From positions 1-54,599 of the IMG/VR virus record IMGVR_UViG_3300032224_000681: DNA of 54,599 nt. The stretch is one strand, 5' to 3'. The notes under the pieces are model-generated. The model had not been told where the DNA came from and ran no database searches. It worked only from the letters and a program-made list of their open reading frames with translations. The position numbers were made by a program, and so were the translations under genes. This stretch comes from a virus. Lineage: Duplodnaviria; Caudoviricetes. Positions 10,084-20,098 of this stretch are shown in pieces (positions within the stretch are counted from its first letter, which is position 1; every line of letters begins with the position of its first letter).

Positions 10084-10997
10084 TGACAGTAGAGGAGATG
10101 AAGGACACCCTTCTTAATCTAGGATTAAACGTCAGCGATACCCGTGGCGATGAGATTCAGATTAATTGCCCTGCCCATAAGGAAAGAACAGGCAAAGAAG
10201 ACAACAACCCTTCACTATGGATAAACGCTGATAGCGGTGCGTTCATTTGTTTCTCATGTCAATGGAAGGGAAACATCTACACACTTATAGAGCAAGTTGG
10301 TGGCGTAATTGGTGGCGGTAATGCAGATATGGCAGCAAGAGTTGAATCATCTTTGCGCTCGCGTTTTCAACGTCTTACAAAACCTAAGGACACTAAAAAA
10401 GAAGAACCAATAATTATCCACGAGTCCATGCTCAGTGCGTTTAAGGGAGTGCCTGGCGCTACATGTTTAAGTAGAGGGTTGTTACCAGACCTTGTTTGGA
10501 AGTACGGCGTACGTTGGAACTCAGATGACAAGTCATGGATTATTCCTATTAGAGACCCGCTCACTAATAAGCTTATGGGATGGCAGGAGAAAGGCCATGA
10601 CCGACGCATCTTTAAAAACACCACCCGTGTAAAAAAAGGCGATGCACTCTTTGGGTATGACCTTTATGAGGGCGGAGACATGATTGTTGTTGAATCACCA
10701 CTAGATGTTATTCGCTTAGCTTCTGTGGGCTTCCCAGGTGGCGTAGCGGTCTATGGATGCATAGTCTCTGATGTGCAGTTTAATTTAATTCGCGGTGGTC
10801 AACGTGTAATTTTTGCTATGGACAATGATAAGGCTGGTAATGAGGCTACCCGTGACCTGTTAAAACGCTCCAAAGAAGCTGGTCTTGAGTGTTGGCTATT
10901 TAATTACTCTCAAACAGATATGAAAGACGTTGGCGGAATGTCCCAAGCTGAGATAGTCTGGGGACTTGAGAACGCCACCCATATGTTAAGGAGTTGA
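10083..10997 (+). CDS. DNA primase (zinc finger plus TOPRIM)
   Basis: CPAH..CFSC zinc finger; VVESPLD and MDNDKAG TOPRIM motifs. Confidence 0.9.
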   Translation: MTVEEMKDTLLNLGLNVSDTRGDEIQINCPAHKERTGKEDNNPSLWINADSGAFICFSCQWKGNIYTLIEQVGGVIGGGNADMAARVESSLRSRFQRLTKPKDTKKEEPIIIHESMLSAFKGVPGATCLSRGLLPDLVWKYGVRWNSDDKSWIIPIRDPLTNKLMGWQEKGHDRRIFKNTTRVKKGDALFGYDLYEGGDMIVVESPLDVIRLASVGFPGGVAVYGCIVSDVQFNLIRGGQRVIFAMDNDKAGNEATRDLLKRSKEAGLECWLFNYSQTDMKDVGGMSQAEIVWGLENATHMLRS

Positions 10998-10998
10998 A

Positions 10999-11541
10999 AT
11001 GATTATTGGATTAACTGGATATGCACAATCAGGTAAAGACTCAGTTGCTAATATCCTTGTAGAAAACTATGGGTATCAACGTATTGCTTTTGCAGACCCT
11101 ATTCGCAACCTTTTATATGAGATGAACCCTATTGTTAAAGATGGGGGCTACAGACTGCAAGGTGTAGTTGATGGATATGGTTGGGACGTAGCAAAGACTG
11201 CGTTTCCAGAAGTTCGTAATATGTTACAGACTTTAGGTGTTGGTGCTCGCAAAACGTTTGGTGATATGTTTTGGGTAAAACAGGCGTTAAGCGGACTTCA
11301 GTTGTTTGGAGAAGTTAACTACGTTATTACTGATGTTAGATATCCAAACGAAGCTAAAGCTATTAGAGATTATGACAGTTCTCAGATTTGGCGTATAAAA
11401 CGCACAGGGGTTGACCCAGTAAATACCCACGCATCAGAGACTGCTATGGATGGGGAAAAGGTTGACCAAATATTCCTCAACAACGGCACCCTTGATGACC
11501 TTAAGGTTCTTATACAAACTAGGATGAGAGCTTATGTCTGA
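10999..11541 (+). CDS. Deoxynucleoside monophosphate kinase
   Basis: IIGLTGYAQSGKDSVA, AFADPI, ITDVRYPNE, HASE motifs. Confidence 0.9.
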   Translation: MIIGLTGYAQSGKDSVANILVENYGYQRIAFADPIRNLLYEMNPIVKDGGYRLQGVVDGYGWDVAKTAFPEVRNMLQTLGVGARKTFGDMFWVKQALSGLQLFGEVNYVITDVRYPNEAKAIRDYDSSQIWRIKRTGVDPVNTHASETAMDGEKVDQIFLNNGTLDDLKVLIQTRMRAYV

Positions 11542-11815
11542 TAACAGATGTTCTGGTCATTGTTGGGTATGGGCAATGAAGACTTTGGATTGGGTTACCG
11601 ATGAAGGCAAGGTTTTTAAGGGTAACTATGTAATCCAGCGTTGCAATCACTGTCATAAGATGGGACAAGTACTTTGTAAGTATCGTCCTGAAGAGCATCA
11701 AAAGCTTATTCAAGGTTCTCAGGAAGGTTTTGCTAGAGTACATTCTCGTAGGCCGTGCCCATCCGTTGGTAGCATGGTTAAGAAAAAAGTAAAGGAGTAT
11801 CAGGATGACTTTTAA
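11534..11815 (+). CDS. Hypothetical Cys/His-rich protein
   Basis: Overlaps both neighbours by a few bases; CNHC motif. Confidence 0.55.
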   Translation: MSDNRCSGHCWVWAMKTLDWVTDEGKVFKGNYVIQRCNHCHKMGQVLCKYRPEEHQKLIQGSQEGFARVHSRRPCPSVGSMVKKKVKEYQDDF

Positions 11816-13397
11816 AGGCACCCTACTTCCTTATCAACCTGAGGCTGTAGACCGCATGTGCGAGCGCAACAAGATGTTAGTTGCTTATGACCTTGGTCTA
11901 GGAAAGACTGTTATCACCATTGCAGCTATAGAACGGTTGATGGATGAGAACAAAATTACGGAACCAGGTCTTATAATTTGCTTATCCTCATTGAAATATC
12001 AGTGGGCTAATCAGATTGAGAAATTTACAGATGGTACTTCACGAGCTTTGGTTATTGATGGAACGCCAAAGAAAAGAGCATCTCAGTACGCCGAAGCTAT
12101 GGACTGGCGGACTACGGGGGTTGATTACATCATCCTTAACTATGAGCAAGTTGTTAACGACTGGGATTCCATCAAAGATTTGCCACGAGGATTTGTCGTC
12201 CTCGACGAAGCCACAGCCATCAAGTCTTTTAAATCCAAACGCTCCCGAGCAGTAAAGAAACTAATCAATGCTAAATATAGATTTGCACTCACTGGTACTC
12301 CGATTGAGAATGGCAAGCCTGAAGAGCTGTACAGCATTATGCAGTTCGTTGACGCCAGCGTACTTGGTCGGTTTGATATCTTTGACGCTGCTTTTATCGT
12401 AAGAAATTCTTGGGGAGCACCTCAGTACTACCGTAATCTTTCTACACTACATACTAGGATGAAAGATGCTTGCGTACGTAAAGCACAGAAAGACCCAGAC
12501 GTAGCGCCATATCTACCTGACACTATTCACAAAGACCCTGTAAAAATTGTCTTTGATAGAGCATGCTCAAAGTTATATACGCGTATCTCACAGGACCTGT
12601 TAGCGGACCTAGACGAGGCGCAAGATTTGTTTGGTTCTAACTTTAATATCATGGCTCACTACGGTATGGAATCTAACCGTGGTGGACCGCAGGATGAGAT
12701 GCGCGGTAAGATTATGTCTAAGATTGGAGCATTAAAGATGCTCTGTTCTCACCCAGAGTTACTACGTAGTAGCGCTGCTAAGTTTAAACAAATGAATGGA
12801 GAGGGTTCTGCATATGTCACTGAGCTCGTTGATATGGGTCTTCTTGATAATACTGGTAACTCGCCTAAGCTTGACTACCTCATCCAGTACGTTAAAGACT
12901 TTTTGGAACAGAATCAGGAAAACAAAGTAGTTATCTTTGCTACCTACGTTGACATGCTTGACAAAATTGCTGAGGCTTTAGGTCCAGAGCAATGTCGTTT
13001 ATACTCAGGAAAGTTAGATGCTAAAACTAAAGAAGATAACAAAGTTGCTTTTAATACTGACCCTGCTGTTCGTGTTCTTATTTCTTCCGATGCTGGCGGT
13101 TATGGCGTAGACCTACCCGCAGCCAACATGTTGATTAACTATGACCTACCATGGTCATCAGGTACGGCTACCCAACGCAATGGTCGTATCAAACGTGCTT
13201 CTTCAACATGGCCTTCAATAGTAATTCAAGATATAGTTATTGCAGGGTCCATTGAGGAACGTCAATGGGAATCCCTACAACAAAAGAGTTCTATCGCTAA
13301 TGCTATTATTGATGGTGAAGGCGTAGATAATGATGAGACTAAGGTTTCAATGTCTGTAGGTAGTTTAAAAGCTTTCCTACAATCTTCTGACGTTTAA
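11805..13397 (+). CDS. SNF2-family helicase/ATPase
   Basis: LLPYQ, DLGLGKT, VLDEAT, ALTGTPIEN, AGGYGVDL, QRNGRIKR motifs. Confidence 0.92.
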   Translation: MTFKGTLLPYQPEAVDRMCERNKMLVAYDLGLGKTVITIAAIERLMDENKITEPGLIICLSSLKYQWANQIEKFTDGTSRALVIDGTPKKRASQYAEAMDWRTTGVDYIILNYEQVVNDWDSIKDLPRGFVVLDEATAIKSFKSKRSRAVKKLINAKYRFALTGTPIENGKPEELYSIMQFVDASVLGRFDIFDAAFIVRNSWGAPQYYRNLSTLHTRMKDACVRKAQKDPDVAPYLPDTIHKDPVKIVFDRACSKLYTRISQDLLADLDEAQDLFGSNFNIMAHYGMESNRGGPQDEMRGKIMSKIGALKMLCSHPELLRSSAAKFKQMNGEGSAYVTELVDMGLLDNTGNSPKLDYLIQYVKDFLEQNQENKVVIFATYVDMLDKIAEALGPEQCRLYSGKLDAKTKEDNKVAFNTDPAVRVLISSDAGGYGVDLPAANMLINYDLPWSSGTATQRNGRIKRASSTWPSIVIQDIVIAGSIEERQWESLQQKSSIANAIIDGEGVDNDETKVSMSVGSLKAFLQSSDV

Positions 13398-13470
13398 TGC
13401 CCCATAGCTCAGTTGGCAGAGCATCGCACTGTTAATGCGAGTGTCCCTGGTTCGAGTCCAGGTGGGGCAG
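13398..13470 (+). tRNA. tRNA-Asn(GTT), no encoded CCA
   Basis: Acceptor TGCCCCA/TGGGGCA; anticodon arm TCGCA-CTGTTAA-TGCGA; TTCGAGT T-loop. Confidence 0.95.
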
Positions 13471-13474
13471 CGAT

Positions 13475-13550
13475 GCGGTTGTAGCTCAGTTGGTAGAGCG
13501 GCACCTTGCCAAGGTGCAGGTCGCGAGTTCGAGCCTCGTCAACCGCTCCA
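13475..13550 (+). tRNA. tRNA-Gly(GCC) with CCA
   Basis: Acceptor GCGGTTG/CAACCGC; anticodon arm GCACC-TTGCCAA-GGTGC. Confidence 0.95.
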
Positions 13551-13551
13551 A

Positions 13552-13623
13552 TCTCCCTTCGTCTAATTGGCAAGACTGCGGATTCTGGTTCCGCCTATCG
13601 AGGTTCGAGTCCTTGGGGGAGAG
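13552..13623 (+). tRNA. tRNA-Gln(CTG), no encoded CCA
   Basis: Acceptor TCTCCCT/GGGGAGA; anticodon arm GCGGA-TTCTGGT-TCCGC. Confidence 0.93.
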
Positions 13624-13644
13624 CTTTTAGTCTATAATTATCTA

Positions 13645-13791
13645 ATGCCTAACGCACCTAAGACACCGACGCGTACTATCCGCGTATCAGACCAGCTCTG
13701 GACTGCTGTCCAGAAGAAAGCTGCAGCTGAAAAGATTACGGTTACCAGCATTATCATCGAAGCACTAGAAGCCTATATTAAAGAAGACTAA
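13645..13791 (+). CDS. Ribbon-helix-helix DNA-binding protein
   Basis: TPTRTIRVSDQLWTAVQKKAAAEKITVTSII is an RHH pattern; start at ATG 13645 because the listed ORF overlaps tRNA-Gln; TATAAT-N6-ATG. Confidence 0.8.
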   Translation: MPNAPKTPTRTIRVSDQLWTAVQKKAAAEKITVTSIIIEALEAYIKED

Positions 13792-13795
13792 TCAA

Positions 13796-13939
13796 ATGGG
13801 AAAACACAACGATAAGATTGTTAAGGCTCTAGAACAGCGCCGCGCAGCTACACCAAATGGCTCTGGCTACAAAAAGCCAGGCTCTATGAATAAAAAGAAA
13901 ACAGGTTATAGGGGTCAACGCGCCAAAGGCGCAAAGTAA
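13796..13939 (+). CDS. Small basic hypothetical protein (47 aa, not in ORF track)
   Basis: MGKHNDKIVKALEQRRAATPNGSGYKKPGSMNKKKTGYRGQRAKGAK fills the gap. Confidence 0.6.
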   Translation: MGKHNDKIVKALEQRRAATPNGSGYKKPGSMNKKKTGYRGQRAKGAK

Positions 13940-13940
13940 C

Positions 13941-13969
13941 TTGACAGGCATTTAGCCATACATTAAGTT
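13941..13969 (+). promoter_or_regulatory. Sigma70/SigA-type promoter
   Basis: TTGACA-N17-TAAGTT upstream of ORF 14000. Confidence 0.75.
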
Positions 13970-13999
13970 CTACCTAACAACCTAAACGTTAGGAAACTT

Positions 14000-14392
14000 A
14001 TGAATCAAGATGCCGTAGTAGAAGATGTAAAGCAATTTACAGCTCTCAAAGACCAAATTACACAACTGACAGAACGTCAAACAGTTATTAAAAAGCGTCT
14101 TACAGATGCAATCGACGAGTTCGGTGCAGAAGACGAAAAAGGTCACATTGTTCTTAACTACAATGAAGACCAGCAGATAATGAAACAACGTCGTGTGTCT
14201 AAGAACCTTGACCTTGCTGCTGCAGAAATTATCCTTAACAAAAAGGGTATTAAAGATACCTGTATCAAGATGATTCCAACTCTTGATGAGTCAGCCATCA
14301 TGGCTGCTTTCTACAATGGACACTTAACAGAAGAAGATATTGATACTATGTTCCCTTCTAAAGTAAGTTACGCGTTCATCGTAGGAAAATAA
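14000..14392 (+). CDS. Hypothetical coiled-coil protein
   Basis: AGGA RBS; N-terminal heptads; follows a clear promoter. Confidence 0.7.
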   Translation: MNQDAVVEDVKQFTALKDQITQLTERQTVIKKRLTDAIDEFGAEDEKGHIVLNYNEDQQIMKQRRVSKNLDLAAAEIILNKKGIKDTCIKMIPTLDESAIMAAFYNGHLTEEDIDTMFPSKVSYAFIVGK

Positions 14393-14854
14393 ATGACAGA
14401 CAAGATTGATAACTTTTTATCTGATTTGGATGAGTACTACCCAAACAGTAAGCGCAAGCGTCGCACAAAAGAAGTTAAAGTAAAAAAAGAAGTTTCTGAT
14501 TGGACAATCAATCCAATTAAGAAAACGTTACCTAATGGTAGGGACATGGAGTTCTACACCATTGGTGCGTTAGCAGTAGCGTTAGGTCGCCCGCTTGTTA
14601 CTATCCGTTACTGGATGAAAGAGGGTTACTTACCTGCTCCTTCTTATCGCTTAGGTGATAAGAAAGATGCCACGGGAAAGGAAATCAAAGGCCGTAGGTT
14701 ATACTCACGTGCCCAGATTGATGTAGCAGTTGACTTGTTTGGAAAGGCTGGCGCCCTAGATAAAACTAGGATAAAGTGGCCTAACCAGCAATTGACTGAT
14801 GCAATTGCAGAGGCGTGGAGTAACATCCGCGCAGAAGAAACTAAAAATAACTAA
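14393..14854 (+). CDS. MerR-like HTH DNA-binding protein
   Basis: FYTIGALAVALGRPLVTIRYWMKEGYLP...GRRLYS. Confidence 0.8.
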   Translation: MTDKIDNFLSDLDEYYPNSKRKRRTKEVKVKKEVSDWTINPIKKTLPNGRDMEFYTIGALAVALGRPLVTIRYWMKEGYLPAPSYRLGDKKDATGKEIKGRRLYSRAQIDVAVDLFGKAGALDKTRIKWPNQQLTDAIAEAWSNIRAEETKNN

Positions 14855-14868
14855 AACAAAGGAAACAA

Positions 14869-15534
14869 ATGGCTATCAATAGAACAGATGAATACATGCC
14901 TGCTACTGATGACTTTACTATCGATGCGGTAGTTGAAGGTCGTCCAGCGCAAGCAACATCTTCAGCGGTACAATCAGGTTGGGATGCAGCAGATAAGCTC
15001 TCAACTTCTTCAGGTGATTTCCCAACAGAGTTTAAGTTCACTGATGGTGAGTTCACAGTTATTAAGTTCATCGACCAGAACGGTCCATTCGCTATCTACA
15101 AACAACACTTCCTACAGCAGAAGACTGTTGGTAAGCGTTCATATGTGTCATTGGGTGCTAACGACCCGCTATGCACAAAGCTTGGCAGCAAGCCAGAAGA
15201 TAAGCGAGCATTTACAATTGCCGTTATTACCCCATCAGGTGTACAACGTCAGATGTTGATTGCAAGCCCACGTCTTTACAAGACACTTCACTCAGCAGAG
15301 TTCTCACCACAGGGTCCATTGACCAAGAACTACTGGGCTATCAGCCGTACAGGCAAAATGCAGCAAACTGTTTACAACCTTAACTCAATCAAGCCACGTG
15401 ACCTCATGGAGGACTGGGGCATTGATGAGAAGATGGCAGAAGAAGGCGTAGCAGCCATCCAACCTTTCGAGCGTTCCGTTATCAAGGAACACACATGGGA
15501 AGAGTTGGACGAAATTGCTAATTCCCTTCTCTAA
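14869..15534 (+). CDS. Probable single-stranded DNA-binding protein
   Basis: IKFIDQNGPFAIYKQHF..PLC pattern, acidic termini, position before the polymerase. Confidence 0.55.
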   Translation: MAINRTDEYMPATDDFTIDAVVEGRPAQATSSAVQSGWDAADKLSTSSGDFPTEFKFTDGEFTVIKFIDQNGPFAIYKQHFLQQKTVGKRSYVSLGANDPLCTKLGSKPEDKRAFTIAVITPSGVQRQMLIASPRLYKTLHSAEFSPQGPLTKNYWAISRTGKMQQTVYNLNSIKPRDLMEDWGIDEKMAEEGVAAIQPFERSVIKEHTWEELDEIANSLL

Positions 15535-15545
15535 TCTCTAGTAGT

Positions 15546-15590
15546 AGGCTGGGGGTAACACGTGCATTCGCCCCCAGCCTTCTTCTATTT
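15546..15590 (+). terminator. Probable intrinsic terminator
   Basis: AGGCTGGGGG/CCCCCAGCCT stem followed by TCTTCTATTT. Confidence 0.6.
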
Positions 15591-15599
15591 AAGGAACCC

Positions 15600-17573
15600 A
15601 TGAACATAATTACGACTAAAGAACAGTTAGATGAGATGGTGGCTTACTATCTTAAGCAGGATGCATATGCGTATGACTGCGAAACAGTAGGCCCACGCCG
15701 CGGTGTAACAGTGGTTAATGAAGTGTTGTGGTTAAGCTTTGCCACACATGGACGTGGAGATGTAATCCCAATGGGGCATCCCAACGGAGAGTTTATTGAA
15801 ACCATTCGTCCCCTTACAGGACAAGGACAAAAGCGCAAAGATAAAGGTTTAGAAGTAAGAGAGGCCGATTACTCTGCCGATGATAAAAAAGCTACACAGG
15901 TATTTGGTCCAGCACCAGACCAGCTCTATCCAGTAGAAGTATTTAAAGCCCTAGAGCCATTGTTTTTTAACAAAGAAATTTTAACTATTGGTCACAACCT
16001 AGTGTTTGACCTTACATCCGTTGCTAAGTATCTAGGTGGACGCATACCTGCGGGACCATATTTTGACACCATGGTTGGTTCATTTATCTATGACAACCGC
16101 AATAAGAATAAGTGCGGTCTTGATGACTGCCTAGAGCGTGAGCTTGGGTACAAGATGACCAAAGGTGTGGGAGCACAGGTAGAGATACATGCCTTTGACA
16201 TTGTTGCTAAATACGCATACCTAGATGCCAAGTACACTTTTGCTTTATGGAAGGTAGTAAAAGAAAAGATTAAGGCTGCAGATGTAGAGAACATCATGAA
16301 GCTAGAGATGGATGTTCTAGAGGTTCTTTGCCACATGAAGTTGGCAGGAGCACCTATTGATGAGAATGCTTTGGAAGAACTACATCAGCAACTAGAAAAA
16401 GATATTGAGTCAACAAGGGAAACCATTTACTCAGTAGCTGGTCGTGTTTTTAATCTTAATTCCAATCCAGAGAAACAAGAGTTGCTATACACATCTAAGG
16501 ACATGGGCGGTCGTGGATTAAAGCCTAAGGTTCTTACTGGCAAAGGTATCAAGAAAGACATGGAAGGTAGAGAGTTAGAAGTGTCTGACTACTCTGTATC
16601 AGCAGAGGCGCTTGAGCCATACCGTGAGAAAGACCCATTAGTAAAAGCACTACTGGAGTACGCAGACCTTAACAAATTGTTGAGCACTTACGTAATTCCT
16701 TATCTAGGAGGAGAAGTTGTCAGAACCACAGGTGGAAAATCTAAGATTGAAGTCAAAGACAGTCTCCTCGTCAAAGGTCGTCTACACTGCGACTTCATCC
16801 AGCATGGCGCAGAGACTGGTCGTTTCTCTAGTCGTAATCCAAATTTGCAGAACGTACCAAATCCAGCAACAGCACACGGAAAAGCAATCCGTAACCTCTT
16901 TTACGCTCCAGAAGGTTACAAGCTAGTAGTTGCTGACTACTCACAGATTGAACCACGCATCATTGCGTCTATGTCACAAGACCCCATCATGATGAAGAAC
17001 TACAAGGATGGCAGTGATATCTATACAACCGTTGGTGATGTAATGGGTGTTAATCGTCAGGGTGGTAAGACTTTGGTACTTGCCATGGCGTATGGCGTAG
17101 GGCCAGACAAAATTGCCCGTTCTATTGGATGTTCTATTACAGAGGCTAAAAACCTGCTCAGTGACTTTGCCGTTAAGTTTGCCAACATCAATCGATACAG
17201 AATTAAAGTCATTGGGGCTACTAAGGTTAAGAACTACGTGACAACCATCATGGGTCGTAAACGTTACATCCCTGAGATTAACTCCAAGAACTTTGCTGAG
17301 CGTGGCAGTGCTGAGCGTCAGGCGTTCAACACACGTATCCAGGGGTCAGCAGCAGATATCATGAAGCTTGCTATGATTAGGGCACACCAGATGATTCCAA
17401 AAGAATCACATATTCTATTGACAGTGCACGATGAATTGGTCACCATTACACCTGACCATTTAGTTGATGAAACAAAAGAAGCAATTAGAGAAGCTATGGA
17501 AGGTATCAATATGCTAGACGTACCGTTGATTGCAGACGTTAAGGTTGTTCAACGGTGGGGAGAAGCAAAGTGA
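15600..17573 (+). CDS. polA: Family A DNA polymerase with 3'-5' exonuclease domain
   Basis: YDCET, GHNLVFD, TGRFSSRNPNLQN, ADYSQIE, IQGSAADIMK, TVHDEL. Confidence 0.95.
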   Translation: MNIITTKEQLDEMVAYYLKQDAYAYDCETVGPRRGVTVVNEVLWLSFATHGRGDVIPMGHPNGEFIETIRPLTGQGQKRKDKGLEVREADYSADDKKATQVFGPAPDQLYPVEVFKALEPLFFNKEILTIGHNLVFDLTSVAKYLGGRIPAGPYFDTMVGSFIYDNRNKNKCGLDDCLERELGYKMTKGVGAQVEIHAFDIVAKYAYLDAKYTFALWKVVKEKIKAADVENIMKLEMDVLEVLCHMKLAGAPIDENALEELHQQLEKDIESTRETIYSVAGRVFNLNSNPEKQELLYTSKDMGGRGLKPKVLTGKGIKKDMEGRELEVSDYSVSAEALEPYREKDPLVKALLEYADLNKLLSTYVIPYLGGEVVRTTGGKSKIEVKDSLLVKGRLHCDFIQHGAETGRFSSRNPNLQNVPNPATAHGKAIRNLFYAPEGYKLVVADYSQIEPRIIASMSQDPIMMKNYKDGSDIYTTVGDVMGVNRQGGKTLVLAMAYGVGPDKIARSIGCSITEAKNLLSDFAVKFANINRYRIKVIGATKVKNYVTTIMGRKRYIPEINSKNFAERGSAERQAFNTRIQGSAADIMKLAMIRAHQMIPKESHILLTVHDELVTITPDHLVDETKEAIREAMEGINMLDVPLIADVKVVQRWGEAK

Positions 17574-18043
17574 GTTTTTTTGACAGATTTAAGAAGAGAG
17601 AAGAAAACTTTGAAATCTTCACTAGGGATATCCCACTTAGCACTATCCTTCGTTGGTATATCTATGACACTGAATTAGGTGAGCCTAATGAAGTAGTAGA
17701 GCTTATGGGTCTTAATAGGGCTAGTGAAGAAGGTGATGAGAAAGAACGTGAAGACTCCGATGCTCGCATGGATAATATAGCCTACCTACTTCCCTATTTA
17801 AATTCTATCGGTGATATTGCATCCGATGTTATTACTGGTATTCAGGTAGATGAGATTACTAAAAACAACCCTGATAATTCAGAAGAAATTGAGCGTGAAG
17901 TAGACACAATGCGAACCCTGTATAAAGTTGTCAGCTTATCCGCTATTATTGGGGCATTCGCTTCGGCTATGGAAATAGGTTTGATTGAGCCAGGCGATAT
18001 ACAAAAAACAGAGTGGGAGAATCGGGTACTAGATGAGCAGTAA
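17570..18043 (+). CDS. Hypothetical protein
   Basis: GTG start overlapping the polA stop (GTGA). Confidence 0.65.
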   Translation: MSFFDRFKKREENFEIFTRDIPLSTILRWYIYDTELGEPNEVVELMGLNRASEEGDEKEREDSDARMDNIAYLLPYLNSIGDIASDVITGIQVDEITKNNPDNSEEIEREVDTMRTLYKVVSLSAIIGAFASAMEIGLIEPGDIQKTEWENRVLDEQ

Positions 18044-18398
18044 TTGGTGGGCAACTAAACTAGGCACACCTGCAACACCGCAGGCTGCCCCAACTCAACC
18101 AACATATGTAGCACCGCAACCCGCAACGTATGTTCAACCTTCACAGCCACAGTATCCACCTACACAGCAAGCAACACCGCAAGCGGAACGTTGCCCTGGG
18201 TGTGGAAGCGGTAACTATGGTGGTTCATCACCAGAAGCACGTAAGCGTTGTTACGACTGTGGATACCCAATTCAACAATCAGGTTCAGGAGTAGGTAAAG
18301 GTATTGTAGGAGGTCAGTCTTCTGGCGGACCTGCTCAACCTGCAAAGCAAGTGCAATCAGGCGGATTTAACCCACAGACAATCATTGGACACATTTAA
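18033..18398 (+). CDS. Pro/Gln-rich zinc-ribbon protein
   Basis: CPGC...CYDC. Confidence 0.7.
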   Translation: MSSNWWATKLGTPATPQAAPTQPTYVAPQPATYVQPSQPQYPPTQQATPQAERCPGCGSGNYGGSSPEARKRCYDCGYPIQQSGSGVGKGIVGGQSSGGPAQPAKQVQSGGFNPQTIIGHI

Positions 18399-19462
18399 TG
18401 AACGCAGAACTAACTAAACTAATAACAAAGATTAATAAGAAATACGGTTCTGACACTATAGTTATTGGCTCTGATATTACTGAAGGCATTGGGCGTTTAA
18501 CCACTGGCTCAGTATCTTTAGATGTAGCACTAGGTGGTGGATGGCCTACTAATCAGTGGCATGAGATTATTGGTGAGGCTAGCAACGGAAAGACTGCTAT
18601 TGCACTTAAGACAATTGCTGCTAATCAAAAGAAAGACCCTAACTTTACTGCGGTATGGATTGCTGCAGAACAGTGGGTTCCAGAGTATGCAGAGCTTTGC
18701 GGTGTAGATGTATCCCGTTTGTATGTAGTTTCTACCAACATCATGGAGGAAGCCTATGAAACCGTCATTGAGATTACTGGCTCTAAAACGGTCGATTGTA
18801 TTGTTATTGATTCACTACCTGCCTTGGTCCCTTCAGCAGAAGACGATAAGGAGATGGAGGAATCTACTGTAGGACGCTCAGCGCTTCTTACTAACAAGTT
18901 CTTCCGTAAGGTAGGCAAGGCGTCTAAGCGTTCCCTAATTGAGGCTGAACGTCCATTTATTGGCATCCTAATCAACCAGTGGCGCTCAAAGATTGGCGTT
19001 ATGTATGGAGACCCACGCACTACCCCAGGTGGTCTAGGCAAGGATTATGCTTTCTTCACACGTATGGAAGTACGTCGTGATAGTGAGTGGATTGAGGTTG
19101 GTACTGGACAGGATAAGAAGCGCATTGGTCAGACTATTAAAGCCAGAGTTATTAAAAATAAGTCAGCCCCACCATCACAAGTTGCTACCTTTGACTTCTA
19201 TTTTGCAAGTGGCGGAGACGTACCTGCTGGAGAGATTGACTTTGGTAAAGAGATTATGGCTATGGGTATCCTTAACAAGGTTATTACCCGAGCTGGTGCT
19301 TACTATCGCTATGAGTATCAAGGCGAGACTCGACAGTGGATGGGTCAGGATGCTATGCTTGCCTCTATACGGGAAGAGATAGACCTGAAAGAAACTTTAG
19401 AACGCGACGTGCTGGACTCTATTAAAGCAGGGTCTAAGTTTGTAGCATCCGATGAGGACTAA
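18398..19462 (+). CDS. recA: RecA/UvsX recombinase
   Basis: TGSVSLDVALGGG, GEASNGKT, IVIDS, INQWRSKIGVMYGDPRTTPGG. Confidence 0.95.
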   Translation: MNAELTKLITKINKKYGSDTIVIGSDITEGIGRLTTGSVSLDVALGGGWPTNQWHEIIGEASNGKTAIALKTIAANQKKDPNFTAVWIAAEQWVPEYAELCGVDVSRLYVVSTNIMEEAYETVIEITGSKTVDCIVIDSLPALVPSAEDDKEMEESTVGRSALLTNKFFRKVGKASKRSLIEAERPFIGILINQWRSKIGVMYGDPRTTPGGLGKDYAFFTRMEVRRDSEWIEVGTGQDKKRIGQTIKARVIKNKSAPPSQVATFDFYFASGGDVPAGEIDFGKEIMAMGILNKVITRAGAYYRYEYQGETRQWMGQDAMLASIREEIDLKETLERDVLDSIKAGSKFVASDED

Positions 19463-19793
19463 AGGACAAAAGGAATCTAAGAAGCACGAGGACAGACTTG
19501 CAAAGGCAGTCGGTGGACAGCGTTCAGCTGGAAGCGGCGCCTTTTGGAGTCGTAAAGGCGATGTTAGGTCTAAGGACTTGTTAATAGAACACAAGTGGAC
19601 TGGCAAAGCCTCCGTAACCGTAAAGGCTGCGGTTCTGGAAAAGATTGTCAACGAAGCTATCGTTGAGAGTCGGACACCTGTCCTCGGCTTCAGTCTTAAC
19701 AATAACAATTACATAATGTTAACTGAAGATGATTATCTGGAAATGCGCCAGAAACTTCAGGAGTGTAATTGTACGACGACATTGGGCACGTAG
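19452..19793 (+). CDS. PD-(D/E)XK Holliday-junction-resolvase-like nuclease
   Basis: HEDRLAK..GSGA..KGDV..LIEHK. Confidence 0.75.
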   Translation: MRTKGQKESKKHEDRLAKAVGGQRSAGSGAFWSRKGDVRSKDLLIEHKWTGKASVTVKAAVLEKIVNEAIVESRTPVLGFSLNNNNYIMLTEDDYLEMRQKLQECNCTTTLGT

Positions 19794-20086
19794 AAGGCTG
19801 GAGACATAACGCCAAGTGCCGAGGCATGGACACAGAGCTTTGGTTTCCACCAAGAGACAAAGCAAAATATAAAAAGATAGCAACCATTTCTAAAGCTACA
19901 TGCTATGGAAAAGACGGTTTGCCTGAATGCCCTGTGCGTAAACAATGTTTACTGTACGCAGACAAGATGGATGAACAACACGGTATCTGGGGTGGTATGT
20001 CTCACCGTGAACGCAATGCATTAAAGCGCAAAGCAAATAAAGAAGGAAAAACCTTTAGGGAATGGGTAACGGAGGATAAGTTGTGA
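19769..20086 (+). CDS. whiB: WhiB-family transcription factor
   Basis: AKCRG.DTELWFP..C..CPVRKQC..HGIWGG..ER: four Cys plus G(I/V)WGG turn. Confidence 0.92.
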   Translation: MYDDIGHVEGWRHNAKCRGMDTELWFPPRDKAKYKKIATISKATCYGKDGLPECPVRKQCLLYADKMDEQHGIWGGMSHRERNALKRKANKEGKTFREWVTEDKL

Positions 20087-20098
20087 TAGGTTGTATCT

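Noticed and set aside
13567-13644. 5' part of listed ORF 13567-13791
   Set aside because: Overlaps tRNA-Gln; the RHH gene starts at ATG 13645.
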